This document shows positions 28,394-37,575 of a stretch of 64,000 nucleotides of DNA, in pieces. Under the pieces are notes generated by a model. The model saw nothing but the letters and a program-made list of their open reading frames with translations. It did no database searches and was not told the DNA's origin. Within the stretch, counting starts at the first letter, position 1; each line of letters begins with the position of its first letter. The DNA comes from a bacterium (GTDB lineage: Bacteria; Margulisbacteria; Marinamargulisbacteria; GCA-2716485; JAYNIM01), in contig JAYNIM010000003.1 in the NCBI GenBank assembly GCA_038109055.1, positions 12,671 through 76,670 of the forward strand. Direction: 5' to 3'. A program made the position numbers and the translations under genes.

Positions 28394-29246
28394 AGGCCTC
28401 GAGGCATTACTATCACGCGATCCCATCACAAACAATAAGGGCGACAGCTTCCTAAGCGCTGGCAGGACAATTATGCAACTTCCCATATCACTTATTGATC
28501 CCAGCCCCTATCAACCGAGAAAACACTTTAACACAGAAGCCCTACTACAACTATCTAACTCTATTAAAGCGCATGGTCTTGCCCAACCTATCGTTGTACG
28601 ACGAAATGACAAACGCTATGAAATTATTGCCGGAGAACGTCGATTTAGAGCAACTCAAAGTGCTGGAATTGATAAAATACCTGCAATTATACGCAGCTAT
28701 AGCAATCAAGAATCGCTACAAATTGCCCTTATAGAAAATCTTGACCGCGAAAACCTAAGCGCCATTGAAACCGCCAGGGGTTATGCGCGCCTTATGTCAG
28801 AATTTAATGTCTCTCAACAAGAAATAAGCCAAATTTTCAACAAAAATAGAAGCACCATAAGCAATACACTTCGACTACTTCACCTACCTGAAGACGTACA
28901 GCAGCTGATCATAAAAGGAGAACTTAGCGAGGGCCATGCCAGAACGCTATTATCCGCAGAAGATAGTGCCACCGTGCGAAAATTAAGCCAACGTATTATA
29001 CAAGAAGGCCTAAGTGTTCGAGCCTGTGAAAGCCTTATCAAATCTCTCAGAAACGACTCTAAAAATAAATCAAGCAAAACACCCCATGATCAAATATCAC
29101 TGTTCCCCGAAATTACTTCTCAACTCAGCCAGAAAATGGGAGCCCCTATCAACATTCAAGGAAATAATAAAAAAGGGAAAATTACCATTCAATACAAGAG
29201 CCCGAAAGAATTGGATCAACTCTTAACAAAATTAGACGGCATTTAA
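28356..29246 (+). CDS. parB: Chromosome-partitioning protein ParB/Spo0J
   Basis: RLGRGLEALL N-terminus, the GERRFRA arginine patch (EIIAGERRFRAT) and an HTH region (QQEISQIFNKNRSTISNTLRLL). The GTG start has AGGAGG 9 nt upstream and overlaps parA by 38 nt. Confidence 0.9.
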   Translation: MQNKNNTAPRLGRGLEALLSRDPITNNKGDSFLSAGRTIMQLPISLIDPSPYQPRKHFNTEALLQLSNSIKAHGLAQPIVVRRNDKRYEIIAGERRFRATQSAGIDKIPAIIRSYSNQESLQIALIENLDRENLSAIETARGYARLMSEFNVSQQEISQIFNKNRSTISNTLRLLHLPEDVQQLIIKGELSEGHARTLLSAEDSATVRKLSQRIIQEGLSVRACESLIKSLRNDSKNKSSKTPHDQISLFPEITSQLSQKMGAPINIQGNNKKGKITIQYKSPKELDQLLTKLDGI

Positions 29247-29259
29247 ATATTTCGGATGC

Positions 29260-29275
29260 TGTTTCACGTGAAACA
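29260..29275. other. parS centromere-like site, 16/16 (the palindrome extends to 20 bp, 29258..29277)
   Basis: GCTGTTTCACGTGAAACAGC, 13 nt after the parB stop. Confidence 0.85.
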
Positions 29276-29280
29276 GCAGA

Positions 29281-30349
29281 AGAATTTTAATCATGGCCAA
29301 GAAAAGACTAAGGATAAATTCATCTTATTACTAAATAGATAAAATATATACTCAAATAATTAATTGAAATATTAAACCTATACACAAAATACCATATTTA
29401 AAACTTAAGAATCTTATCATTTAAGAGCCATATAAAGATATAAGAATCACTTAGACTGGTTAATTTGGAAAGACCTAAGACTTTTATTCTAAATAGATCA
29501 ATATAAAAAGCAATATCAACATAGATCTTAAATAATAACCTATCCGCACTCCTATTATGCGACATCAGTTACTTAAAGTTTTATATTTTTCTGTCATTCA
29601 GTTCCGCTTAGATAAGAGCTTTTAAAGAATTTATCACCCCTTATTAACCATAATACAAACATATATATCAAGATGATCACTATATGAATATAGGCTTTTT
29701 TTTTTATTCTAAGTTGCATATAAGCGACATAAAAAATAGAAAGAGTACTAAAAAATAAATATCATAATCGTTTAATTAGTATAAATATAAGAAAAAACAA
29801 ATAAATCAAAATAACCTCCTACATATAAATAATATCTGCGCAAACATCCGCTCTTATCACGACGGAAACCTTTTTTTTATTTGTTAGTATATTTTTACAT
29901 ATCGTACTTATGATACTTTAGATTTTTTTTATTTTATCTGACATTCTAATAAAATCTATAATAAAAGACTTCTTAATAAATGGTTAATAAAGACAATTGC
30001 GATCTAATACTCTGACAATTCATAAATAAAATTATCTCAGATTTTATGTAAAAATATATTTGAATTAATATTTTTTAGAATTATGCGTATGTGTAAGAAA
30101 ACACCTATGGTTTTTACTCTATATTTATTATATATCAGGAGTAATATGAGTTGAAACTTAAGAAAATTGATTCCATAACGCAGTGCAAGAAGTTATATAG
30201 TTTAATCACATGGATACGCTTTGTATATATCGCCCATAAGTTTTTGGTTATCTTGGTTAACCGACTTTATTTTGAACAAAACAACTATAGTGAAATGGAC
30301 AAAGATATCAATAGAATAGACGTAAAACTAAAAAAAGTCTGCGTCTTTT
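29281..30349. other. ~1.07 kb AT-rich spacer with no credible gene
   Basis: The only tracked ORF is 30151..30384 (77 aa, low complexity, runs into the dgt 3' end). Hand count for 29341..29460: A58 T37 C16 G9. Confidence 0.8.
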
Positions 30350-31480
30350 CTAACTATTTTTTAGCAGTAAATGGGCTTCATTGAGTGCAAAAGTGTCGGT
30401 CATACCCGAAATATAATCTGCGATGACTTGCTGCATTGTCTCGTCTTCAATACGCACTCTTACCTTTAGAGGGAGTAAATTAGTATCTTTTTCATAGGCT
30501 TTAAATAACAACTTAATTGCCTCCTGGCCTCTTTTATTCATACGATAAATATCTTCATGCATATAAAATTTATCAAATAGATACGTTCTTAGCTGAGTAT
30601 TTTTTTTATTCATAGGGGCTGAAAAACGGATCAAAGGATGTAAACATCTTTGTATATCTTCAGGTCCCTTGATATCTTGAGCTACTAATTGGGATGTAGA
30701 CTCCTTCACCACATCCTCTATAAAGGTCGCAATTAAATACCGATGTATCTGGTGTCGTCTTTGAATAGCTGTTAATGCCTCACCTTCTAATTCTAGAATT
30801 CTCTTTGCATCCGACCATATTTCCACCTCTTTTCCTAGATCTTCCTCGGATAATATACCAGCCGATAAACCATCATCAATATCGTGGCTATTATAGGCAA
30901 TTTCATCCGCTAAATTAACAACTTGCGCCTCTAAACTAACAAATGCATCATTGCCATCAGGACTATCCCATGGCGTTTCATGTTTTAATAAACCCTCTCT
31001 AATTTCAAAGGATAAATTTAATCCACGAAAATTTGGATACTTAGATTCTAAATAATCAATGATGCGACGGCTTTGTCTATTATGTTCAAACCCCCCATAA
31101 TTTCTCATTAGCATATTTAACATCCGCTCTCCTGAGTGCCCAAAAGGCGTATGGCCTAAGTCGTGAGCTAAGGCTATACATTCAGCCAAATCTTCATTTA
31201 AACGTAGCAAACGAGCCAAATGACGCGCAATTTGTGCTACTTCTATGGTATGCGTTAAGCGAGATCTATAATGGTCTGAAATATTTGCTAAAAAAACCTG
31301 TGTTTTGTCCTTAAGACGCCTAAATGCTTTTGAATGTATGATACGATCTCTATCTCGTTGAAAACAGGTTCGGGTATCATTTTGAAAATTCTCTTTAAAT
31401 TTTCTTCCTTTACTGTCTTTACTTTTTACAGCGTATGGAGCTAAATATTTACTTTCTAATTCTTCGAAAAATTTTCGCAC
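30350..31480 (-). CDS. dgt: dGTPase-like HD-domain triphosphohydrolase
   Basis: RSRLTHTIEVAQIARHLAR...ALAHDLGHTPFGHSGE HD motif; 376 aa. Confidence 0.85.
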   Translation of the reverse strand: MRKFFEELESKYLAPYAVKSKDSKGRKFKENFQNDTRTCFQRDRDRIIHSKAFRRLKDKTQVFLANISDHYRSRLTHTIEVAQIARHLARLLRLNEDLAECIALAHDLGHTPFGHSGERMLNMLMRNYGGFEHNRQSRRIIDYLESKYPNFRGLNLSFEIREGLLKHETPWDSPDGNDAFVSLEAQVVNLADEIAYNSHDIDDGLSAGILSEEDLGKEVEIWSDAKRILELEGEALTAIQRRHQIHRYLIATFIEDVVKESTSQLVAQDIKGPEDIQRCLHPLIRFSAPMNKKNTQLRTYLFDKFYMHEDIYRMNKRGQEAIKLLFKAYEKDTNLLPLKVRVRIEDETMQQVIADYISGMTDTFALNEAHLLLKNS

Positions 31481-32289
31481 TAAACTAATGCAAAACAGAT
31501 AAATTGATTAACTGAATTAGTGGGAACTAACTGCTTAATACTTTTTTTATCATCTTTGATAAACGGCTGTTCCATTAAACATATCTCTTTGAAGAACTTA
31601 TTAAGCTTTCCTTCCGCGATTTTTTCTATTAAGTCTGCGGGCTTTCCTGATTCTGATAATTGAGACACAATTATAGCCTTTTCTTTTGCTTTTTCCTCTT
31701 CTGGCACATTAGCAGGGGTTACATATCGTGGTCTTGCAGCCACTACTTGCATGGCAATATCTTTCGCAATATCACTCTCTACTGACTGATTAAATGATAC
31801 TAAAGCTGCGATTTTAAAATTACTATGCATATATGTAGCTATAGAATTCTCTGACTCTAACTTTTCAAACTTTCCTACTTGTATATTTTCTCCTACCTTC
31901 AAAATAAGGTCTGCTACAGCCTGATCAAAGGTTTTCTCAAAAACGTTTTTATTTTTTAAATCTTCTAAAGTTTGTATGTCATCACTATTTAAAATTAACG
32001 TTGAAAGTGTCTCCCCAAAACTAACAAAATCATGGCTACTGGCCACAAAGTCAGTCTCACAATTTAGCTCTAAGATTACGGCTTTATTGCCTTCATTCGC
32101 AATAAAAACACGACCTTCACTGGTATCTCGGGACGCCTTTTTGCTTGCTGAAGCTAAACCTTTTTCTCGCAGCCACTTGACTGCATCATCAATATTGCCA
32201 TCTGCCTTAGTTAAGGCATCTTTACATGCCATCAACCCCACACCAGTTCTTTCTCTTAATTGTTTAACTAAGGATGCTGAAATATTCAT
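31480..32289 (-). CDS. tsf: Translation elongation factor Ts
   Basis: SASLVKQLRERTGVGLMACKDALTKADGNIDDAVKWLREKG N-terminal UBA-like domain, located downstream of rpsB. Confidence 0.9.
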   Translation of the reverse strand: MNISASLVKQLRERTGVGLMACKDALTKADGNIDDAVKWLREKGLASASKKASRDTSEGRVFIANEGNKAVILELNCETDFVASSHDFVSFGETLSTLILNSDDIQTLEDLKNKNVFEKTFDQAVADLILKVGENIQVGKFEKLESENSIATYMHSNFKIAALVSFNQSVESDIAKDIAMQVVAARPRYVTPANVPEEEKAKEKAIIVSQLSESGKPADLIEKIAEGKLNKFFKEICLMEQPFIKDDKKSIKQLVPTNSVNQFICFALV

Positions 32290-33107
32290 TTTTTGGTCGT
32301 CTCTTCTATCTTTTCTTCTTTTTCTTTAGCTGCCTTGACTGCAGTTTCAGTTTCCTTTTTGTTTGCATAGGCTACCTGCTCTGATTGGCCAGCAATCACT
32401 GCATTTGCACATACTGAACATAATAACTTAATGGCTCTAATAGCATCATCATTGGCTGGTATGGGGTAATCTACATCTTCTGGATTAGCGTTGGTATCTA
32501 CAACCCCTACAATTTTAATCCCTTTTCTTTTGGCCTCTTTAATGGCGAGATGCTCCTTATTTGTGTCTATGACAAATAAAATCTCTGGTAACCGCACCAT
32601 GTCTTTCACGCCATCCAAATAATTTTTTAAACGTTGATAGCGTTTTGTTTTTCTTGCTAATTCTTTTTTCGATAAGGATTCTAACATCCCCTCGGCTTCT
32701 TCTTTTGTGTACTTTTTTAACTTGTTTATACTCAGATGGATCGTTCCGTTATTTGTAAGAAAACCGCCTAACCAGCGTGAACTGATATAAAATTGTTTGC
32801 AGCGTAATGCTTCTGACATTACGGCATCTTGCGCTTGCTTTTTTGTCCCTACAAATAATACCGTTCCACCTTTCTTAACTGTCTCTTTAATAAATGCATA
32901 GGCTTCGTGAATTAACGGAATTGTTTGTTGTAAATCTATAACATGAATACCATTTCTTGCTGTAAAAATATATTTTTTCATTCTGGGATTCCAACGCCTT
33001 GTTTGGTGGCCAAAATGAACACCTGCTTCTAACAGGTCTCTCATTGCGATTATCTCGCTATCTTTATCTGTAGATTCTTCTTTTTGATCTGTTACTTGTT
33101 TATTCAT
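32286..33107 (-). CDS. rpsB: 30S ribosomal protein uS2 (possible N- and C-terminal extensions)
   Basis: MRDLLEAGVHFGHQTRRWNPRMKKYIF core. The tracked start adds 21 aa upstream; ATG at 33044 is the alternative. The tail is K/E-rich. Confidence 0.9.
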   Translation of the reverse strand: MNKQVTDQKEESTDKDSEIIAMRDLLEAGVHFGHQTRRWNPRMKKYIFTARNGIHVIDLQQTIPLIHEAYAFIKETVKKGGTVLFVGTKKQAQDAVMSEALRCKQFYISSRWLGGFLTNNGTIHLSINKLKKYTKEEAEGMLESLSKKELARKTKRYQRLKNYLDGVKDMVRLPEILFVIDTNKEHLAIKEAKRKGIKIVGVVDTNANPEDVDYPIPANDDAIRAIKLLCSVCANAVIAGQSEQVAYANKKETETAVKAAKEKEEKIEETTKK

Positions 33108-33277
33108 AAGTTTGAGTGACTAATTTAGCGGTTCTTTTCTTTATCGTCAATAGCTTTATTTGCATGACTGTGTGCCGCTGCACTTATCCCCCCCCCTTTC
33201 TACTGTGCTTCTTTTGTGAGGCAGTGACAGATTTTCAGTAAAGCTTCCCCATATTTACTCGTTATGCGCACCTTATT

Positions 33278-35455
33278 TTATCGATTAAAATAGCGCGTGA
33301 TGCCTTTGGAAAGTGTGTCTGCAAGGTTTTGTCGAAAAGTGGCCATTTTAATTTTTTCTAAATTTTTTCTTTCTGTCATATATGCTGGTTCTAATAACAC
33401 GGCAGGCATTCTTGTATGCCTAAGTACATACAACCGTTTCCTTCTTAGTCCATTATCTTTTAAATTTAATGCTCTGACCATGGCCTGATGTAATATTTTT
33501 GCTGCGTAGCGATCTTTATGTTTGTAATAATATGTTTCAGTTCCTTTCACTTTATTATGTTTAAATGAATTAAAATGTACACTTATAAACAAATCTGCTC
33601 GTTTATGATTTGCAAGCCTAATACGTTTTGGTAAACTTATACTATGGTCGCTGGATCTTGTGAGAATGACATAGGCTCCTTGTGCTTCTAAATTACGTTT
33701 TAATCTCTGGACAACATCTAACGTATAACGTTTTTCGTACTCTTTATTTAGTCCAATTGCGCCTGGATCACGGCCACCATGTCCCGGATCTAGTACAATA
33801 ACTTTATTGGCTAGTCCTTTTTGCCGTCCTTTCTTTTCCGTCTTTTTTTTATAGGTTTTTTTGACTATTTTTTTCTCCACGGAGGTTAATGGAAAATTGA
33901 CGACTAATGCCTGCCCTTCTTGCGTAAGTTTCCAGGTGTGTTTCTGGTTTTTTTCAAAATTGAATTCTATTCTTGTCATAGGAGGATCTACCTGTAATTG
34001 AGACATCCGTACTTGTTTATATACGCCATAATTGGACCGTAGTAATAAGGGGAGTTCTGAAAAAGTGTTGGGAATATCTATAATCAATTTAGCACCACTC
34101 TTTGACACCTGAGATTTAGCTTTAAAAGGCCGTGTACCTGTTATTTTGAATTGCAGCCGATTGTGTTTTAACTGCTCCTTGGCAGTGAGTAAAATACTGT
34201 GAAAACGGAGCTCGGTGCCTTTCTTTGTTCGTAATATTGTGGGAGGATTGCTTTCTAATCCAGCTCTTAAAAACAGTCGTGTATCTGCTCCTTTTTTATA
34301 GGCCCAGTTCCATTTCAAAAAAGGATGCGGACTTTTACTTCGTATTTTCTCTGTTGCTAATACTGTGTTTGCTAAGGTAATAAAATACCCCTCTTTTAAA
34401 GACCCTTCTTGTGCAGCACTACAGTATAACTTGTGTGCAGATAAAAGTTTTAGGACCGGGAATGGCCCCTGATTGACCCAAAAGATTCCTTGTAGCTTTG
34501 CTTGTAATACTAAGGTATTGCTCTTTTTTTGATATATGACGCCATAATCCAATGCACTTATTATATTTTCAAAGGGAATATATACTTTGTTTCTACGCTT
34601 TTTTACTGCTGCAATTCCTGATAATTGTAATTGTTTGTTACCGATGTAAATGGTAATTTTGTTATGCTTTTTGGAAAAAATATAGTGCGTGTTTTCTTTT
34701 TGTAAACTATAGCTATCTTTGGTTTCTTTGCAGGTATACCCTTCTTTCTTAAACGTATTTTCTAGATAGACATATAACACTTTATCCTGGCTGTAAAAAA
34801 AATGTTTTAATGGATAACTCATTCCTTGAAAAGAGATAAATAGCGTTTTGTCTTTTCTGAATTCTGGTAATGTTGCCGTCATATCTAAAATGGGTTTGGC
34901 ATAGTCTTTTGACGTCACAATCTGAGGATGAGTTAACTGTAGTCGGCTTTGTGCAATTTCTTGGGTTTTAATTTTATTTTCTTGAATGATTAAACCCTCT
35001 TCTTCTTCGTGAACACTGTAACCTAAACTTTTTAAACACTCTTTGACTGGAATATATAACTGACCTTTGTAAATATGTGTGGGATTGTTAAAAAAATGAC
35101 GTTGATCCAAGATCCACCACTCTCGACTTTTCTCTAAAAATAAACATCGTAATTCTGGATATTGTAGGATGACTTCATGTGCTAAACTACGACGTAACTT
35201 CTTGTGTTTTGCAGCCAATAATTCACTTAAATCTGGTATAGATATATAGCTTTGATTATGTCTCGTTATTACTGTTATTTTTTGGTGTTGTTTTTTGAAA
35301 TTTATACTGATTGTTTTAGATTCTTGATCTGCTACCTCCTTTTCCGCAACTATATGTGTAGTACTCCACAGTACGCTTAGTAGTATCAAGATGCATAATT
35401 TTGAAATGTTACGACTAAAGACCTTTCTGCTTTCTGTCACTAAATTGAAACACAT
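33278..35455 (-). CDS. N-acetylmuramoyl-L-alanine amidase (Amidase_3/AmiC type) with a ~540 aa N-terminal region of unknown function
   Basis: C-terminal VIVLDPGHGGRDPGAIG...DLFISVHFNS...GTETYYY...VLLEPAYM. Signal or anchor at the N-terminus. Confidence 0.8.
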   Translation of the reverse strand: MCFNLVTESRKVFSRNISKLCILILLSVLWSTTHIVAEKEVADQESKTISINFKKQHQKITVITRHNQSYISIPDLSELLAAKHKKLRRSLAHEVILQYPELRCLFLEKSREWWILDQRHFFNNPTHIYKGQLYIPVKECLKSLGYSVHEEEEGLIIQENKIKTQEIAQSRLQLTHPQIVTSKDYAKPILDMTATLPEFRKDKTLFISFQGMSYPLKHFFYSQDKVLYVYLENTFKKEGYTCKETKDSYSLQKENTHYIFSKKHNKITIYIGNKQLQLSGIAAVKKRRNKVYIPFENIISALDYGVIYQKKSNTLVLQAKLQGIFWVNQGPFPVLKLLSAHKLYCSAAQEGSLKEGYFITLANTVLATEKIRSKSPHPFLKWNWAYKKGADTRLFLRAGLESNPPTILRTKKGTELRFHSILLTAKEQLKHNRLQFKITGTRPFKAKSQVSKSGAKLIIDIPNTFSELPLLLRSNYGVYKQVRMSQLQVDPPMTRIEFNFEKNQKHTWKLTQEGQALVVNFPLTSVEKKIVKKTYKKKTEKKGRQKGLANKVIVLDPGHGGRDPGAIGLNKEYEKRYTLDVVQRLKRNLEAQGAYVILTRSSDHSISLPKRIRLANHKRADLFISVHFNSFKHNKVKGTETYYYKHKDRYAAKILHQAMVRALNLKDNGLRRKRLYVLRHTRMPAVLLEPAYMTERKNLEKIKMATFRQNLADTLSKGITRYFNR

Positions 35456-35554
35456 ATCTTTATTCTAACAAAAAGTTATCTTCCACAAAAAATTTTAGCT
35501 ATGTGTATTTTCACTCTATTGATTCCGTGTTTAAAAACGGGTACCCTTTCATTT

Positions 35555-36418
35555 ATGTTGGATTCTTTATCTTTGAAACAAAAATTGCTCTATGCTTTGG
35601 AAGAAGATATGCCTCACACAGATGTTACCTGCGAGACGTTAGCGCTGTCTGACACCCCTGGATTTGGCACCTTAATTGCTAAAGAATCCGGTATTTTTTA
35701 TGGTAGTTCCGTCCTGCAGGCTATCGCGCTGTGTTGTACCCCTCCTATAAGTATTACTGGCTTAATTGAAGATGGTACAGCATTTTCTGCCAAGGATCCT
35801 ATTGCACATCTTTCTGGGAATATACAAGATTTGTTGCGTATTGAACGTGTTTTACTCAATTTGTTACAGCATCTTTGTGGGATTTCGACTCAAAGCCATG
35901 CCTTTGTTCAGGCATTAGATAACCCCTCTATTCAGATACTCGATACTCGAAAAACCACACCTTTGTGGAGGGATTTAGAAAAAGCAGCAGTTGTAGCGGG
36001 TGGTGCTTTTAATCATCGTCAGTCTTTGTCTGATATGGTGCTCATTAAGGAAAATCACTTGGCACTATTGCCTATGCAACAAATGTCCTCGTATTTAACT
36101 CAAAAAATTTTGGAATCCAAAACAAAACATCCGAACTTAAAAATCGAAGTCGAAGTAGAAAATTTGGAGCAGTTATCAAAACTTGATCTCTCTTTAGCTG
36201 ATTATATCCTTTTTGATAATTTTTCACTTGAGATGTTAGATGAGGCTATTTTGTACTGTCAACATAATTACCCTCATAAACAATTAGAAGTTTCTGGCAA
36301 TATTTGTCTGGATAACATTCATCTCTATCGTGATCGTGCGATTCACCGTATTTCCTGTGGCGCACTCACCCATTCTGTTGTCGCTTGTGACCTAAGTTTG
36401 TTGATTAAGTTACGCTAG
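35555..36418 (+). CDS. nadC: Nicotinate-nucleotide pyrophosphorylase (quinolinate phosphoribosyltransferase)
   Basis: LEEDMPHTDVTCETL, ILDTRKTTPLWRDLEKAAVVAGGAFNHR and VLIKENH. Start set at MLDSLSL; the tracked ORF begins 18 codons earlier at 35501. Confidence 0.8.
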   Translation: MLDSLSLKQKLLYALEEDMPHTDVTCETLALSDTPGFGTLIAKESGIFYGSSVLQAIALCCTPPISITGLIEDGTAFSAKDPIAHLSGNIQDLLRIERVLLNLLQHLCGISTQSHAFVQALDNPSIQILDTRKTTPLWRDLEKAAVVAGGAFNHRQSLSDMVLIKENHLALLPMQQMSSYLTQKILESKTKHPNLKIEVEVENLEQLSKLDLSLADYILFDNFSLEMLDEAILYCQHNYPHKQLEVSGNICLDNIHLYRDRAIHRISCGALTHSVVACDLSLLIKLR

Positions 36419-36549
36419 TGTTTACATTGCTATCCCTATTGTTCGTTCCTTAACTGTTTCTGCGTTTTATCTTGATTATTTATGTTTAACTTTTGCTTTA
36501 ATTGTCTATATTATTAATAGATGGTATTCCCTATTTTTATATTTCATTT

Positions 36550-37575
36550 ATGATGCAGGATCGTTTAATTGATTTTACGTTACCATCCAACTTAATTGCG
36601 GATGCTCCTTCTCAGGCACGCGATCAGAGCCGTTTAATGCTCCTTTCATTGCCTCAAAAACGTCTCTCACATTATATTTTTAAGGAGATAGAGGATCTTC
36701 TTTATCCTGGCGATATGTTGATCCTTAATGATACAAAAGTACTTAAGGCCCGCTTGTTTTGTACTCGTGAAAGCGGTGGTCGAGTTGAAGTTTTATTGCT
36801 ACAAACTGTTACGCCCTTTGTCTGGCAAGCCTTGATTAAACCTAGTAAAAAACTGTCGATCGGAGAACCTTTATACCTAAGTAATGATTGTTTTTTTACG
36901 CTTGTTAAGAAAGAGGCCCCTTTTTGCCACTTACGCCTACCCGAAGGCCAATCTGCTCATGAGATCATGGCGCAATTTGGTGTGCCCGCGTTACCTCCTT
37001 ATATTCGTCATAGCCCTCTTAGTTTAGAGGATCAAATCTCGCGATATCAAACTATTTATGCAGATAAAGAAGGGGCTGTTGCCGCCCCAACTGCTGGCTT
37101 GCATTTTACTGAAGATTTATTGACGTCCTTACGTGCTAAAGGTGTTTGTATTGAAACAGTAACCCTTCATGTAGGATATGGAACATTTCAGCCTTTGGAA
37201 GATCGCCATTTTCAAGAAAATAAATTACACAACGAACGTTTTTATATCTCTGATGCGACAGCCACACGCTTGATGGCACATCGTCAGCGTCGTATTGCTG
37301 TAGGAACCACGACTATTCGTGCTTTAGAGTCTGCCTGGACTGGAACAAGGTTTCGTTCGGGTTGGCAAGAAACAACGCTTTTTATTCAGCCAGGTTATCG
37401 TTTTTCTACCTGTCAGGGACTGATCACAAATTTTCACTTACCTAAAAGCTCGTTACTATTACTAGTGGCTGCCTTTTCGGACGTCGCATTTTTGCAAGAG
37501 GCCTACCAAACCGCTATTGCCGAGTCGTATCGATTTTATAGTTTTGGAGATGTGATGTTTCTCTCTTATGATTAA
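36550..37575 (+). CDS. queA: S-adenosylmethionine:tRNA ribosyltransferase-isomerase
   Basis: DFTLPSNLIADAPSQARDQSRLM, AAPTAGLHFT, VGTTTIRALES and TNFHLPKSSLLLLV. Confidence 0.9.
   Translation: MMQDRLIDFTLPSNLIADAPSQARDQSRLMLLSLPQKRLSHYIFKEIEDLLYPGDMLILNDTKVLKARLFCTRESGGRVEVLLLQTVTPFVWQALIKPSKKLSIGEPLYLSNDCFFTLVKKEAPFCHLRLPEGQSAHEIMAQFGVPALPPYIRHSPLSLEDQISRYQTIYADKEGAVAAPTAGLHFTEDLLTSLRAKGVCIETVTLHVGYGTFQPLEDRHFQENKLHNERFYISDATATRLMAHRQRRIAVGTTTIRALESAWTGTRFRSGWQETTLFIQPGYRFSTCQGLITNFHLPKSSLLLLVAAFSDVAFLQEAYQTAIAESYRFYSFGDVMFLSYD

Noticed and set aside
29378-29386. A DnaA-box-like CTATACACA (8/9) in the AT-rich spacer, as evidence for a second oriC.
   Set aside because: It is a single near-match. 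Other candidates in the spacer have 2 or more mismatches. That is not enough for an origin call, so the spacer is reported only as an unexplained region.
30151-30384. A 77-aa ORF at the right end of the AT-rich spacer.
   Set aside because: It is low-complexity and AT-driven, has no convincing RBS, and its 3' end overlaps the convergent dgt stop region. No recognisable motif.
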